Virus record (IMG/VR): IMGVR_UViG_3300032296_001520
Coordinates: 1 to 59,488 of that record
Direction: 5' to 3' (one strand)
DNA from: a virus
Lineage: Duplodnaviria; Caudoviricetes
DNA: 59,488 nt
Translations under genes and position numbers: made by a program
Part shown: piece by piece, positions 1 to 8,301 of the stretch
Position numbering within the stretch: position 1 is the first letter of the stretch
Layout of the letters: every line of letters starts with the position of its first letter
Notes under the pieces: generated by a model
What the model was told of the DNA's origin: nothing
Seen by the model: the letters and a program-made list of their open reading frames with translations, nothing else
The model's database searches: none

Positions 1-123
1 CATTCGTTATTACCATGTCAGAGTCGCTCACGATCTTTCTCCATATTATTTGCCAGCCTCACCCTATGATGTGGAGCCAGCCGCGCGGCGAACGCGGGCT
101 TCTAGGAAAGGCTCCATCCTCTA
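1..123. repeat. Terminal direct repeat, left copy (circular assembly overlap)
   Basis: 1-123 is identical to 59366-59488. Confidence 0.95.
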
Positions 124-154
124 AGGCTATCTGGCTCAAGGTCGCCACCCCTTG
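52..154 (-). ncRNA. Putative structured RNA leader upstream of the ORF starting at 59396/31
   Basis: Nested complementary segments GCCAGCCT(52-59)/AGGCTatcTGGC(124-135), GGAGCC/GGCTCC and CGCG/CGCG, plus a CAAGG/CCTTG hairpin (137-154), all in a non-coding gap. Confidence 0.4.
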
Positions 155-219
155 CTGTCTGGTTAAATATACATGATCGGGCAACCGATGTTTAGTCTAT
201 GTTGCAAAGTCACCTCAAA

Positions 220-423
220 CTATTCACGCGCTGCGGAAGATTCCTTGAGCAGCTTGGCTATGTTGTAGCCTCCAATCACTAGAACTTCATCAAATCGGAG
301 TCCTCCAAGGCATTCACCAACCTTAAACACGCTGACATCATCGAGACCGCGCATCAAGTGCCAAAATTTACTCTTTGCAAATTCGGTTCCCACAACAATA
401 CATGTCTTCTTTGCGGGTTTCAT
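220..423 (-). CDS. Hypothetical protein
   Basis: 67-aa ORF coupled to the upstream ORF by ATGA overlap. Confidence 0.6.
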   Translation of the reverse strand: MKPAKKTCIVVGTEFAKSKFWHLMRGLDDVSVFKVGECLGGLRFDEVLVIGGYNIAKLLKESSAARE

Positions 424-686
424 TTCAAATCCTCTAATAGCTTGAACAGCATTCCAGCTTCGTGCGTATCCAACAGATCGTCAGCATATGGAGACTTTCG
501 AACAACATTCATAAAATCGCGGATCGGATCTCGCACAATTTCGCGAAACTCACGCACCGCATCGGTGGCACCCTCTAAAATCTCTCGCTGCATTGATCTA
601 CAATACCGATTAGCTGCCTCGGTTTCCTGCTCCATGAAAAGAACAGGGCGCATCGCCTTGGCTATTCGCAGTCTGATTTCATTCAT
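420..686 (-). CDS. Hypothetical protein (MNEIRLR...)
   Basis: ATG at 686 preceded by AAGGAAAGAG; overlaps the stop of the previous short ORF. Confidence 0.65.
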   Translation of the reverse strand: MNEIRLRIAKAMRPVLFMEQETEAANRYCRSMQREILEGATDAVREFREIVRDPIRDFMNVVRKSPYADDLLDTHEAGMLFKLLEDLK

Positions 687-784
687 ATAACTCTTTCCTT
701 TACATGCCACGTCGCAACGCCACATTGTTTGCGTCCGTATTTTTTTCCGCAGTCGGAGCATATCCAGTCGGGATAGGGTTTCAT
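683..784 (-). pseudogene. Truncated copy of the CxxC protein at 2202-2384
   Basis: MKPYPDWICSDCGKKYGRKQCGVATWHVKERVI*; first 28 codons nearly identical to 2202-2384 but the second CxxC is missing. Confidence 0.6.
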
Positions 785-785
785 T
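701..785. repeat. 85-bp direct repeat, copy 1 (copy 2 at 2301-2385)
   Basis: TACATGCCACGTCGCAACGCCACATT(g/c)TTTGCG...GGATAGGGTTTCATT, one mismatch. Confidence 0.9.
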
Positions 786-1164
786 TTTCGCCCTGCATCG
801 TCGCCAAGATATTTACGCGCGCCCCTTCCGCCATCGGCAGACGAAGTGACGGATCATATTCGCGCGCCACAGATGCGGTGGGCTTTTGGATTGCGCCTGA
901 AATTGCGTCAGAAATCATCTTGCGTGAATCAAGGATCGCGTCGAGAGTGTGCGGATATTCTTTCAGATAATTCTCCGCCGCTTTTTCATTAACGCTACGG
1001 ATACCGTGCTCACAATCTTCCATCGCGCACATTTGCAGTTTACCTAGAACTTCGGTGATCAACCCCCATAGCCCCTCAATCTCTGCCTGTCGGTCCATCG
1101 CGGTTTTAATGGTTGCCGCGAGTGTTTCCTCAAGGAATTTGATCTTCTCCCATTGCTTAGTCAT
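781..1164 (-). CDS. Hypothetical protein; N-terminus paralogous to 2725-2961
   Basis: MTKQWEKIKFLEETLAAT..KTAMDRQAEIE; GGGAGGG RBS. Confidence 0.7.
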   Translation of the reverse strand: MTKQWEKIKFLEETLAATIKTAMDRQAEIEGLWGLITEVLGKLQMCAMEDCEHGIRSVNEKAAENYLKEYPHTLDAILDSRKMISDAISGAIQKPTASVAREYDPSLRLPMAEGARVNILATMQGEK

Positions 1165-1372
1165 TTTTCCCTCCCGATGCGGCTTGCTTCGCAATTTTCT
1201 GAATATCAGCGAGAGCCTCATCAAACGAGATGCCGCGCCGATCAGCGATGGATTGAATATCTATTGGGCGTAAGACTAGCTTTGTCAGGCGCTTCTTGAA
1301 AGGTGTATCGCCCATGATCTTTTTGAGCTCAAGTATCTCGGCTTCCAAAGTTTGCTCGTTCAGGTCAGTCAT
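1157..1372 (-). CDS. Hypothetical protein
   Basis: MTDLNEQ start after AAGGGG RBS; overlaps neighbours. Confidence 0.65.
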   Translation of the reverse strand: MTDLNEQTLEAEILELKKIMGDTPFKKRLTKLVLRPIDIQSIADRRGISFDEALADIQKIAKQAASGGKND

Positions 1373-1673
1373 ATAATTCCCCTTCAAGTTTCGAAGCAAA
1401 CACGGCGACCGCCGGTCCCCACAAAACATTAGCAGCAATCAATTCATCGGCAAGAACATTAAGGTCGATGTCATCATCGCCGTCAATCCACTGCTCAAAC
1501 CTTGCGATCCAATCGCCGTGCCTCGGATCTCTTTTGCCTATATTCTTCGACACCTCTTTGACAGATGGCATCATCGCGGCAGCCCTCTCACGAAGGCGCT
1601 TTACGTTATCGTTGTCGATCAGGGGTTGAACGCCCCATTTCCCGTTCCATCCAACGGCTTGATTGTCGTTCAT
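1365..1673 (-). CDS. Hypothetical protein
   Basis: 102-aa ORF with GAGGAG RBS. Confidence 0.7.
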   Translation of the reverse strand: MNDNQAVGWNGKWGVQPLIDNDNVKRLRERAAAMMPSVKEVSKNIGKRDPRHGDWIARFEQWIDGDDDIDLNVLADELIAANVLWGPAVAVFASKLEGELYD

Positions 1674-1822
1674 TTGCTCTTCTCCTCATCGGCATCAGCC
1701 ACAAAGCTAAAGCCAAGTTCGCTATTCTCTGGTACCACGTAGGTAGTTTTTGATGGGTCAATCTTAAACGTGTGCAATTCTTTAGCGCCGGATGGCGTCA
1801 GCCTATAGACAATCACCTTCAT
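1670..1822 (-). CDS. Small hypothetical protein (MKVIVYRLTP..., 50 aa; not in the ORF track)
   Basis: Translated by hand; GGGGAG RBS; ATGA overlaps at both ends. Confidence 0.55.
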   Translation of the reverse strand: MKVIVYRLTPSGAKELHTFKIDPSKTTYVVPENSELGFSFVADADEEKSK

Positions 1823-1913
1823 AACTTACTCCCCGGAAAATTGTTGTTTTCGTCGGAAAGAAAAAGGATTGCAGCCGCCCCGATAAGCGCAACGCAAATG
1901 ATGATCACTTCAC

Positions 1914-2153
1914 TCATCCCTGCCTCCCTTTCAAACGCCAGAGTTGAGGAGCCGCTTCCTTGAGGCGTCTTGCTGCCTTTACTGGATCGACTTTGCTCCA
2001 TATGCCCAGATTTAATTCAAGTTCAGGAACCCTCTCCTTAATGAACACCTCTCTAGGCAGTTCCCATATTCGCCCCCAACTGTCCCGGTATAAAACTGAC
2101 ATGGTCGCCGGATCAATTTTGACATAAGGGGCGATTGATGGCCGCTCAGGCAT
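1914..2153 (-). CDS. Hypothetical protein
   Basis: 79-aa ORF with AAGGGAG RBS. Confidence 0.6.
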   Translation of the reverse strand: MPERPSIAPYVKIDPATMSVLYRDSWGRIWELPREVFIKERVPELELNLGIWSKVDPVKAARRLKEAAPQLWRLKGRQG

Positions 2154-2201
2154 TGCTGTCTCCCTTCAACCGTAGGCCTCCGAGATTGAATAAAGCTTCA
2201 C

Positions 2202-2384
2202 TCATTTTCGTTCCCTTTCTTTTTGCCAGCCGTCTTTAAGGTGGCCATAATCTCTTGGCTCAGTGACCAGAGTGTGCGCCCCGCAAACGCAACATTCATC
2301 TACATGCCACGTCGCAACGCCACATTCTTTGCGTCCGTATTTTTTTCCGCAGTCGGAGCATATCCAGTCGGGATAGGGTTTCAT
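2202..2384 (-). CDS. Small zinc-finger-like protein
   Basis: CSDC and CCVC pairs; 60 aa. Confidence 0.65.
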   Translation of the reverse strand: MKPYPDWICSDCGKKYGRKECGVATWHVDECCVCGAHTLVTEPRDYGHLKDGWQKERERK

Positions 2385-2385
2385 T
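2301..2385. repeat. 85-bp direct repeat, copy 2
   Basis: Matches 701-785 with one mismatch. Confidence 0.9.
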
Positions 2386-2728
2386 CCAAGTGCTTCCCTG
2401 TAATGCTGTCTTTGAACTCGCTGAGCGTCGTTGACTCTTGCGGGCCAGCGTCGATCACTTCCTTAACGCCAGCGTCGAATGCGCTTTGGTGGGTCTCCCC
2501 CAATGCTGCGCGGGCCGCTTCAATCATCTGTGGCACGACATTCGGATTGCCACCAACTTGAACCACGAAGCGGCTATCATTCAGGAACCAGCCCAACGCC
2601 TCACGCAACCGCTCAATCTCCGCCGCTTGGGCTTCGATGCGGTCGGCGGCATCGTCTATGTAGTTTGGCAACTTTCCAACAATACTGGATCGCAGCCGAT
2701 CTACCAGCGCCTTGTCGTCGTCAGTCAT
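2381..2728 (-). CDS. Hypothetical protein with the AADRIEAQAAEIERLREAL coiled motif common in phage accessory genes
   Basis: ORF track; likely start MTDDD at 2728. Confidence 0.65.
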   Translation of the reverse strand: MTDDDKALVDRLRSSIVGKLPNYIDDAADRIEAQAAEIERLREALGWFLNDSRFVVQVGGNPNVVPQMIEAARAALGETHQSAFDAGVKEVIDAGPQESTTLSEFKDSITGKHLE

Positions 2729-2961
2729 CTGCGGATTTCCTTGTTGTTCTTTTTGTCCCAAACTGCTTTTAGGGTTGGCATTACAAATTCTTGATCTTCG
2801 GGATCGACATCAAATGGATCGACGTAATTCCAGACGATTTCCCGCAGACGCTCAATCTCTGCCTGCCGATCCATCGCCGTTTTGAGGTGCGTTGCCGCAG
2901 CTTCGGCGGTTGCCGCGAGTGATGCCTCAAGGACCTTGATCCTCTCCCATTGCTTAGTCAT
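2725..2961 (-). CDS. Hypothetical protein, paralog of 781-1164
   Basis: MTKQWERIKVLEASLAAT...KTAMDRQAEIERL. Confidence 0.65.
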   Translation of the reverse strand: MTKQWERIKVLEASLAATAEAAATHLKTAMDRQAEIERLREIVWNYVDPFDVDPEDQEFVMPTLKAVWDKKNNKEIRR

Positions 2962-2963
2962 AC

Positions 2964-3257
2964 TTATCTCCCATGATACTGCCACATAACACCATTGCAA
3001 TATGCGTGAACAGCCCCTTCTGTTAGGCCAGTCTTATGGCAATGCTGCAAATGAATAGGGTGGTCAAGAAAGCCGCCCGGAAAAAGCTGTAAGTCGATCT
3101 TTTTCTCCTGAACCTCCGCAGAGGGCGCGTCCGTCAAAGGATGATGACAGAAATAGCACAACCCGTTTTGCTCATTAACGTATTGCTCTCTAACCTTGCG
3201 CCGTTCGGACCAATGAAGGTTGTCGTAATTCACCGGCAGATTGTATTTTTCCACCAT
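2964..3257 (-). CDS. Endonuclease VII-like HNH protein
   Basis: Q.GLCYFC...HLQHCHKTG...GAVHAYCN resembles the recombination endonuclease VII motif (CxxC...DHCH.TG.VRG.LC..CN). Confidence 0.65.
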   Translation of the reverse strand: MVEKYNLPVNYDNLHWSERRKVREQYVNEQNGLCYFCHHPLTDAPSAEVQEKKIDLQLFPGGFLDHPIHLQHCHKTGLTEGAVHAYCNGVMWQYHGR

Positions 3258-3287
3258 TATGACTCCCCCACAAGCGGCTTGTTGTTG

Positions 3288-3404
3288 TCAGTCATCTGGG
3301 AACCCTTTAATTGCGCCCACAACAACAAACACGCCCGCGATCGCCACCGCCCAAACGAGCACGGCCACCCCGGCCAATACAACGGCTATAATTGTGTCAG
3401 TCAT
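3288..3404 (-). CDS. Small membrane peptide (38 aa)
   Basis: MTDTIIAVVLAGVAVLVWAVAIAGVFVVVG...; one long hydrophobic stretch; AAGGG RBS. Confidence 0.5.
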   Translation of the reverse strand: MTDTIIAVVLAGVAVLVWAVAIAGVFVVVGAIKGFPDD

Positions 3405-3779
3405 CTAAAAATTCCCTTTCATATTCATAATGGCCAGTGCGCGATTTCGTAGAACCGCTTTAACCGTTCGACGTTCACTTGCGGTCATCTCCCCGCAGGC
3501 CAAGAGCATAGCGGGTGAGTCATCCGCCCAAGCAATAACCGGCTCCGCCGCCATCGCCAAGAGGTGCGGCCATACGGCACTAAGGGCAGCGTGGGCAGGG
3601 GCTTTATACTCCTCCCATCGTATGACTTTGGGAAAAATCTCGTCATCCGATACCCCGCCACACATTGTTTGCGTAGCAGCAGCGTTGCGGTCAAACTCCT
3701 CCCAAGTTTCGTCGGGGCTTTTCCCGTCCGCGATACAAAGAGCGCGGGCAACGACTTCGATCAGGTCGTCGCTAGTCAT
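3405..3779 (-). CDS. Hypothetical protein
   Basis: MTSDDLIEVVARALC.ADG..PD start, a common phage accessory motif. Confidence 0.65.
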   Translation of the reverse strand: MTSDDLIEVVARALCIADGKSPDETWEEFDRNAAATQTMCGGVSDDEIFPKVIRWEEYKAPAHAALSAVWPHLLAMAAEPVIAWADDSPAMLLACGEMTASERRTVKAVLRNRALAIMNMKGNF

Positions 3780-3940
3780 CACTTCGCATCCCGTGATTTT
3801 CTGACAGGCTTCTTTCCAAAAAATCGATATGCCAACTCCTCCCACAAAGTGAGGTAGCGAGCACCGTTTGACCCTGTTAATAGGTATCCATCGCACTTCT
3901 TTGTGACCTGCAAAGGTGCTTCGCCTTTAATATCAAGCAT
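3779..3940 (-). CDS. Small hypothetical protein (53 aa), paralog of 9200-9343
   Basis: Translated by hand: MLDIKGEAPLQVTKKCDGYLLTGSNGARYLTLWEELAYRFFGKKP...; GGGAGG RBS. Confidence 0.55.
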   Translation of the reverse strand: MLDIKGEAPLQVTKKCDGYLLTGSNGARYLTLWEELAYRFFGKKPVRKSRDAK

Positions 3941-4257
3941 CACTTCGCCTCCCGTGATTTAAGAGCAGCGTAGGCGGCTTTAACAGACGTGTCGTCGTCA
4001 TCACGCCCGGCGCGAACGTCCTTAGCAGCCATGGGGCAGCCTTTATCCTCCCAACACTTAGCCGCGACCTCACGCGCCTCAATCAGCAACGGGTCTACAG
4101 GCTTCGGTAATAGGGCTTCAAGATTCTTTCTAACATCTGCTAAAGCTTTGTTGTAGAGGCTGCTTGAATAAGGAATGCCGGCTTTGAGCAAAACCTTCGG
4201 CAGCGCAGCAATGCACTCTCTGATCGTGGCTTCGCGGACTGACTGGTCGTTCTTCAT
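3940..4257 (-). CDS. Hypothetical protein
   Basis: Likely start MKNDQ; ATGA coupling. Confidence 0.65.
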   Translation of the reverse strand: MKNDQSVREATIRECIAALPKVLLKAGIPYSSSLYNKALADVRKNLEALLPKPVDPLLIEAREVAAKCWEDKGCPMAAKDVRAGRDDDDTSVKAAYAALKSREAK

Positions 4258-4472
4258 GCCGCACCCCCAACTTCTACAATCGTGGGTGTGTAGTCCACGC
4301 GTGCGATGACGCGGGAGATGCGAATGTCGCGGAAACCCGGAAGTGCCGCAAGCTTGACCGTCCATTTTTCGGCGCTCGAATAATCTGAACACGCATCCAC
4401 AAAACGCACGTCTTTATCTATGTCGTTATATGTCACCAGATACTCCGTCTCAGGCTTGGTTTCGTTCGTCAT
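4254..4472 (-). CDS. Hypothetical protein
   Basis: MTNETKP start; coupled to neighbours. Confidence 0.6.
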   Translation of the reverse strand: MTNETKPETEYLVTYNDIDKDVRFVDACSDYSSAEKWTVKLAALPGFRDIRISRVIARVDYTPTIVEVGGAA

Positions 4473-4639
4473 TGCATGTTTCCTTCTGGCCAAATAACCT
4501 CGCCATCAATCCGCTCTATGCGAAGCGTGCCGGGGTTCAGTTCTGCGTGTTCTGCCGCCTCAATCCGAGCGTCCTTGAGGCCCGAGAGGGTGATCGGGTA
4601 GAACGTGTCTTCCCGAAAAAATATTACGGTTTCTCCCAT
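4469..4639 (-). CDS. Hypothetical protein
   Basis: MGETVIFF start after AAGGA RBS. Confidence 0.55.
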   Translation of the reverse strand: MGETVIFFREDTFYPITLSGLKDARIEAAEHAELNPGTLRIERIDGEVIWPEGNMQ

Positions 4640-4694
4640 TATTTTGCTGTCCTTTCTGAGTGTTTCTTGAGGCAATCTGGGCATGTCTCCCAAT

Positions 4695-4925
4695 CTAAAT
4701 CCCCGTGTTCGCCGCCGCCTTTTTCGCGTCACCGCACTTGTCGATCGCGGTCACGGCGGGTGTGTCTGTGTTCAAGGCTACGGCAAGGGTGCAGACGCCC
4801 CAGCCAAAGCCATCGATCACACCTTTTCTGTGTCCTTCTCGATAGGCGAGGCCAGCTGCGACCACCGCCATCGCAAAGGCAAGCATCAGAGAGAAAATGG
4901 CGGACGTTTTCTTAGGGGCGGTCAT
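4695..4925 (-). CDS. Hypothetical membrane protein
   Basis: N-terminal hydrophobic helix. Confidence 0.6.
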   Translation of the reverse strand: MTAPKKTSAIFSLMLAFAMAVVAAGLAYREGHRKGVIDGFGWGVCTLAVALNTDTPAVTAIDKCGDAKKAAANTGI

Positions 4926-6307
4926 GATGATGCCACTTCCGGGAACTGACGCACCTGCAATCCTAGCGGGAACGCTTCAATGGCGTGGATGGCCTTTGAG
5001 CCGCCGCTGGAGAGTTGTTTGACGAAAACAGCGGTGCCTGTTTCGCGGCATTGATCGACAATGCTTTGCGCCCATTGATTCGCCATCGGGCGCGCGCCGG
5101 GGCCGCTTTCGGCTCCCACGATTACCCAATTGATAGGCTGCTGATCTGGCATGGAACCATCATCACAACAGCCTGTAAGGCTATTCACACAAAATCCCGG
5201 GTAATATTGAATTTCCCTCAAATCCAACGGCCCCAGCAATGGCTCGGCGCTGATGAAGCGGATGGCGGCGGGTGTCTCTAATAGGTTTTGAATGCGCTCG
5301 TCTGCACGTTCTTGATCCTCGACGCTGACGCCAAGCCATACCGCAGCCAGCGGCCACTGGAACGGCAGATCGATCACCCACTGTTTTCCAGTAATGATGT
5401 TCCGAATTTGAGTGTCGGAAACTGGGAAGTCTTTAGCGATGGAATAAGCGGCCTCACCCTTCGATGCACGGTCGCGGATCGCCGCTACCTGATCTCCAGA
5501 AAGCTTCGAATATCGGCGGAAACTCCCATGTCGCTTGCTGTCCTGCCAGTTGTCGGACTGATCACCCCATGCGAGGTTCGCGATGGCATTGTTGCCAGCG
5601 TTCCCGTCAAGGTGCCGCCCTTGACAATCGACGGTCGGCGGCGGACCGTCGAAGGCATTGAGCACGATGCGATGGACTAACATCCGCTCGCCGCGCCTCG
5701 GACCGCCCTCGCGGAACAACGGAACGCGAAGGTGGCCCGCGTCACCGGCGGTCGGGCTAAGACGTTTTCGCTTGCCACGCTTGTCGGAATAGACATGCCC
5801 GTGCGAGGACACGAGATATCCGGGGAACCCATCGACGTTGCGAAGTTCCTCCGGCCCATCTGGTGTGGCGTCGAGCGCTGCCATTGCGCGAGCAATGCGG
5901 AACGGCGTTTCAGGATTCCCAACATAGTCCCGCATCCGCTTTGGTCGCTTGGTCAGGATCATATGCGTGTGCTGTGGCGTGAGCGCGCAGACGGCAAACA
6001 CCTTGTCGATCCATTCATTTGGCACCGCGTCATGGAACAGGTCACCATGCGCGTTCCAGAATATCTTGCGCGGTTCCCGCCATTTGAGCGGCTGCATCAA
6101 TTGCGCTTCATTCAGGCGCACAGTGCCATTCCAGACAGGCCCGGCCTTGCTCTGTTGTGTCAGCCCGGCGCGGCTTGGGTGATTGCGCAGGCGCGTTCCT
6201 GCCAAGCGCATGGCATAGCAGTTGGTGCAGCCCGGTGAGATAACAGTGCAGCCGTTGACGGCATTGACCGTTGCGTCGGCCCATTCGATTTTGGTTTTAT
6301 CGGACAT
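4922..6307 (-). CDS. DUF5131 (phage Gp37/Gp68-like) protein with an internal NUMOD4-HNH-HTH insertion
   Basis: T.IEW.D.T.N...GCT.ISPGC.NCYA, DLFH..VP, LTKRP.RM, VWLGVSVEDQ, F.S.EPLLGP, WVIVG.ESG..ARPM and FVKQ motifs. Confidence 0.85.
   Translation of the reverse strand: MSDKTKIEWADATVNAVNGCTVISPGCTNCYAMRLAGTRLRNHPSRAGLTQQSKAGPVWNGTVRLNEAQLMQPLKWREPRKIFWNAHGDLFHDAVPNEWIDKVFAVCALTPQHTHMILTKRPKRMRDYVGNPETPFRIARAMAALDATPDGPEELRNVDGFPGYLVSSHGHVYSDKRGKRKRLSPTAGDAGHLRVPLFREGGPRRGERMLVHRIVLNAFDGPPPTVDCQGRHLDGNAGNNAIANLAWGDQSDNWQDSKRHGSFRRYSKLSGDQVAAIRDRASKGEAAYSIAKDFPVSDTQIRNIITGKQWVIDLPFQWPLAAVWLGVSVEDQERADERIQNLLETPAAIRFISAEPLLGPLDLREIQYYPGFCVNSLTGCCDDGSMPDQQPINWVIVGAESGPGARPMANQWAQSIVDQCRETGTAVFVKQLSSGGSKAIHAIEAFPLGLQVRQFPEVASS
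5378..5850 (-). mobile_element. In-frame HNH homing-endonuclease-like module
   Basis: VDGFPGYLVSSHGHVYS (NUMOD4-like), VHRIV..AFDG...RHLDGN..NN...NL.W....N..D (HNH), KLS..QV..IR...IA..F.VS...I.NI..GK.W (HTH). Confidence 0.75.
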
Positions 6308-6488
6308 TTTGGGTTCCTTCCTCTGCCAGCGCCTTGACCTGATCGGGATAGTCACGGGCCACGCTTGCTGGCGTGTGATCGGTAAATGGGTCGCTTATTG
6401 TGAGATCAGCGCACAGAGCCTCGGCAGCGCGGCGGTGGGCTTGGGCGAATTTCTGTGACCAGCTAATGTGTTTGGCGCGGGCGGTCAT
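6297..6488 (-). CDS. Hypothetical protein
   Basis: 63-aa ORF; AAGGGA RBS. Confidence 0.55.
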   Translation of the reverse strand: MTARAKHISWSQKFAQAHRRAAEALCADLTISDPFTDHTPASVARDYPDQVKALAEEGTQNVR

Positions 6489-6512
6489 TTTTACATCCCT
6501 TCATAATAACCC

Positions 6513-6866
6513 TTAATCACGGGCACGTTCCCAGCCTTGCGGCGTGTAAGCGGCTTGTCGCTGAATAAGCCACGCACCCGGCGCAATTACCTGCGGCGCA
6601 TGGGTGTGATGGTCACGCAAGTGAACAAGCTCTGTCGGCTCACCAGAGACCTCAAGAAAGCCCCGGAAAACATCCATGCCAGAATACTGCCGAATATCAG
6701 GACGCTCCATCACAACGTGGTGGTGGCCCGTTTCGCTGTGCGTGATGATATACGTGCCGTTCTCAGCTGCGACGGCCTTAGCGTCAGAGGGAACGACCTT
6801 GATCGGCACAAGGTAAACGTCGCCTTGGCAAATTGATTTACGGCTAGTGTCAAATTCAAAGTTCAT
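6513..6866 (-). CDS. His-rich beta protein typically paired with DUF6745 proteins
   Basis: QGDV, SETGHHHVV, H.RD.HTH.P and RQ..YTP.G motifs. Confidence 0.75.
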   Translation of the reverse strand: MNFEFDTSRKSICQGDVYLVPIKVVPSDAKAVAAENGTYIITHSETGHHHVVMERPDIRQYSGMDVFRGFLEVSGEPTELVHLRDHHTHAPQVIAPGAWLIQRQAAYTPQGWERARD

Positions 6867-6868
6867 GA

Positions 6869-8119
6869 TTATGTCCTCACATCAAAGTTTTTAAGAATTT
6901 CCACGGGTAATCCGCCGTGGAGAACGGACTGTGCTTCATCCACAGATTTCGTTTTGGGCGGCACGGGCAGAGAAAATCTTCGGCCAGTCCCGCAGAGAGC
7001 ATCAAGAAAACGCTCCTTGCCGCTGCCCGGAAGGTTCACCTCCACCAATCGGCCCCAGATTGGATCGCCGCTGTCGTCTATCACCTTGCCCTTCCCTAAG
7101 CCGACAAGCTCATCAACAACATTGTGCCATCCAATAATTTCGGAAGCCGCCGCCCGCTGGTCCATGTTGGGCCAGTGCATAGCATCATAAGCCGATGGCG
7201 GGCTGCCTGTTACCCATTCATTTGGAATGGCCTGACCGTGCCAAGAGGAGAGCGAGAAGCCGTCTGCATACTGAACCGCTGGGCCGCTCTCACAATGAAG
7301 GCGGCGCTCGTCATCCCATTTCACCACAGTCGGTTTCTGACTGACCACGACAATGTTTTCGTAAGGCCACCACCATTCGCACTGCGTTGAAATGGCCTCA
7401 ATTATATCCAGCTTCGTGCCCGCGTCGCCGTAGTTGCCGCCGATGTTTTGGCAGAACCGATAAAATGCAATCCAGTAAAGATCTTGTGACCCCCACAGAA
7501 AATTGGAGTTCCAGATTTTTTGATTCCCAAGCTGGTCGGTAAGCTGGTCCCAAAGCTGTAACCAAAGCTGATCCCTAAGCTGGCCGCTAAGCTGATTCCA
7601 AAGCTGGTCCCTAATCTGCGACCCAAGCTGCGACCCAAGCTGGTCCCAAAGCTGACCCCTAATCTGCGACCCAAGCTGCGACCCAAGCTGGTCCCAAAGC
7701 TGATCCCCAAGCTGCGACCAAAGCTGACCCCCAAGTTGGTCCCTAAGCTGCGACCCAAGCTGGTCGCTAAGCTGCGACTGAAGCTGATCCCCAAGCTGGT
7801 CGTTAAGCTGGTCCCAAAGCTGGTCCCTAAGCTGCGACCCAAGATGCGACCCAAGCTGCGACCAAAGCTGCGACCAAAGCTGCGACTGAAGCTGGCCGCG
7901 CTTAGGCATATCAAATATCTTCAGCGCCAACATACATGCTGCCGGGCTGTCGAAAATAAATAGCTGCGGAGCAGATTTCCCGATCAGGGCGTAAGCGTCA
8001 TTCAAAGCAGATTGCAGTGCGGTTCGGTCAATTCGTTGCCCGCCGCAAGCCAAGTCCAAGTATCTCTGCCGAAAGAACGGGAGTTCAGCCTCCTGCTCAG
8101 GTGTTAGATTGGTAATCAT
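6869..8119 (-). CDS. DUF6745-like protein with xxQL tetrapeptide repeat tract
   Basis: LWDQL/LGSQL repeats followed by WWWPYENIVVVS.KP...D...RLHCE.GPA..Y.DG. Confidence 0.8.
   Translation of the reverse strand: MITNLTPEQEAELPFFRQRYLDLACGGQRIDRTALQSALNDAYALIGKSAPQLFIFDSPAACMLALKIFDMPKRGQLQSQLWSQLWSQLGSHLGSQLRDQLWDQLNDQLGDQLQSQLSDQLGSQLRDQLGGQLWSQLGDQLWDQLGSQLGSQIRGQLWDQLGSQLGSQIRDQLWNQLSGQLRDQLWLQLWDQLTDQLGNQKIWNSNFLWGSQDLYWIAFYRFCQNIGGNYGDAGTKLDIIEAISTQCEWWWPYENIVVVSQKPTVVKWDDERRLHCESGPAVQYADGFSLSSWHGQAIPNEWVTGSPPSAYDAMHWPNMDQRAAASEIIGWHNVVDELVGLGKGKVIDDSGDPIWGRLVEVNLPGSGKERFLDALCGTGRRFSLPVPPKTKSVDEAQSVLHGGLPVEILKNFDVRT
7525..7895. repeat. 12-bp-period coding tandem repeat (AAGCTG core)
   Basis: About 30 units such as CGACCCAAGCTG and GTCCCAAAGCTG. 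Confidence 0.9.
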
Positions 8120-8301
8120 AGCGCCCTCCCGATGCGAATACCCTGCCGGACGCCCCTTTCAACGAGACGCATCCAAACTGTGTCATCCAAATCTCCAGAG
8201 AGATATTTCAAAAAATCTTCATCGTTATGCTGATCTGCGGCCTCTATAGCGCAGAGGCTCCTAGCTGCCCTGCGGATCATCATATCATCATCGTTCGTCA
8301 T
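8116..8301 (-). CDS. Hypothetical protein
   Basis: ORF track; coupled overlaps. Confidence 0.6.
   Translation of the reverse strand: MTNDDDMMIRRAARSLCAIEAADQHNDEDFLKYLSGDLDDTVWMRLVERGVRQGIRIGRAL

Noticed and set aside
7402-7963. Long alternative-frame and antisense ORFs over the xxQL tract (likewise 12919-13631)
   Set aside because: By-products of stop-free tandem repeats; only one frame links to non-repetitive domains and an RBS.
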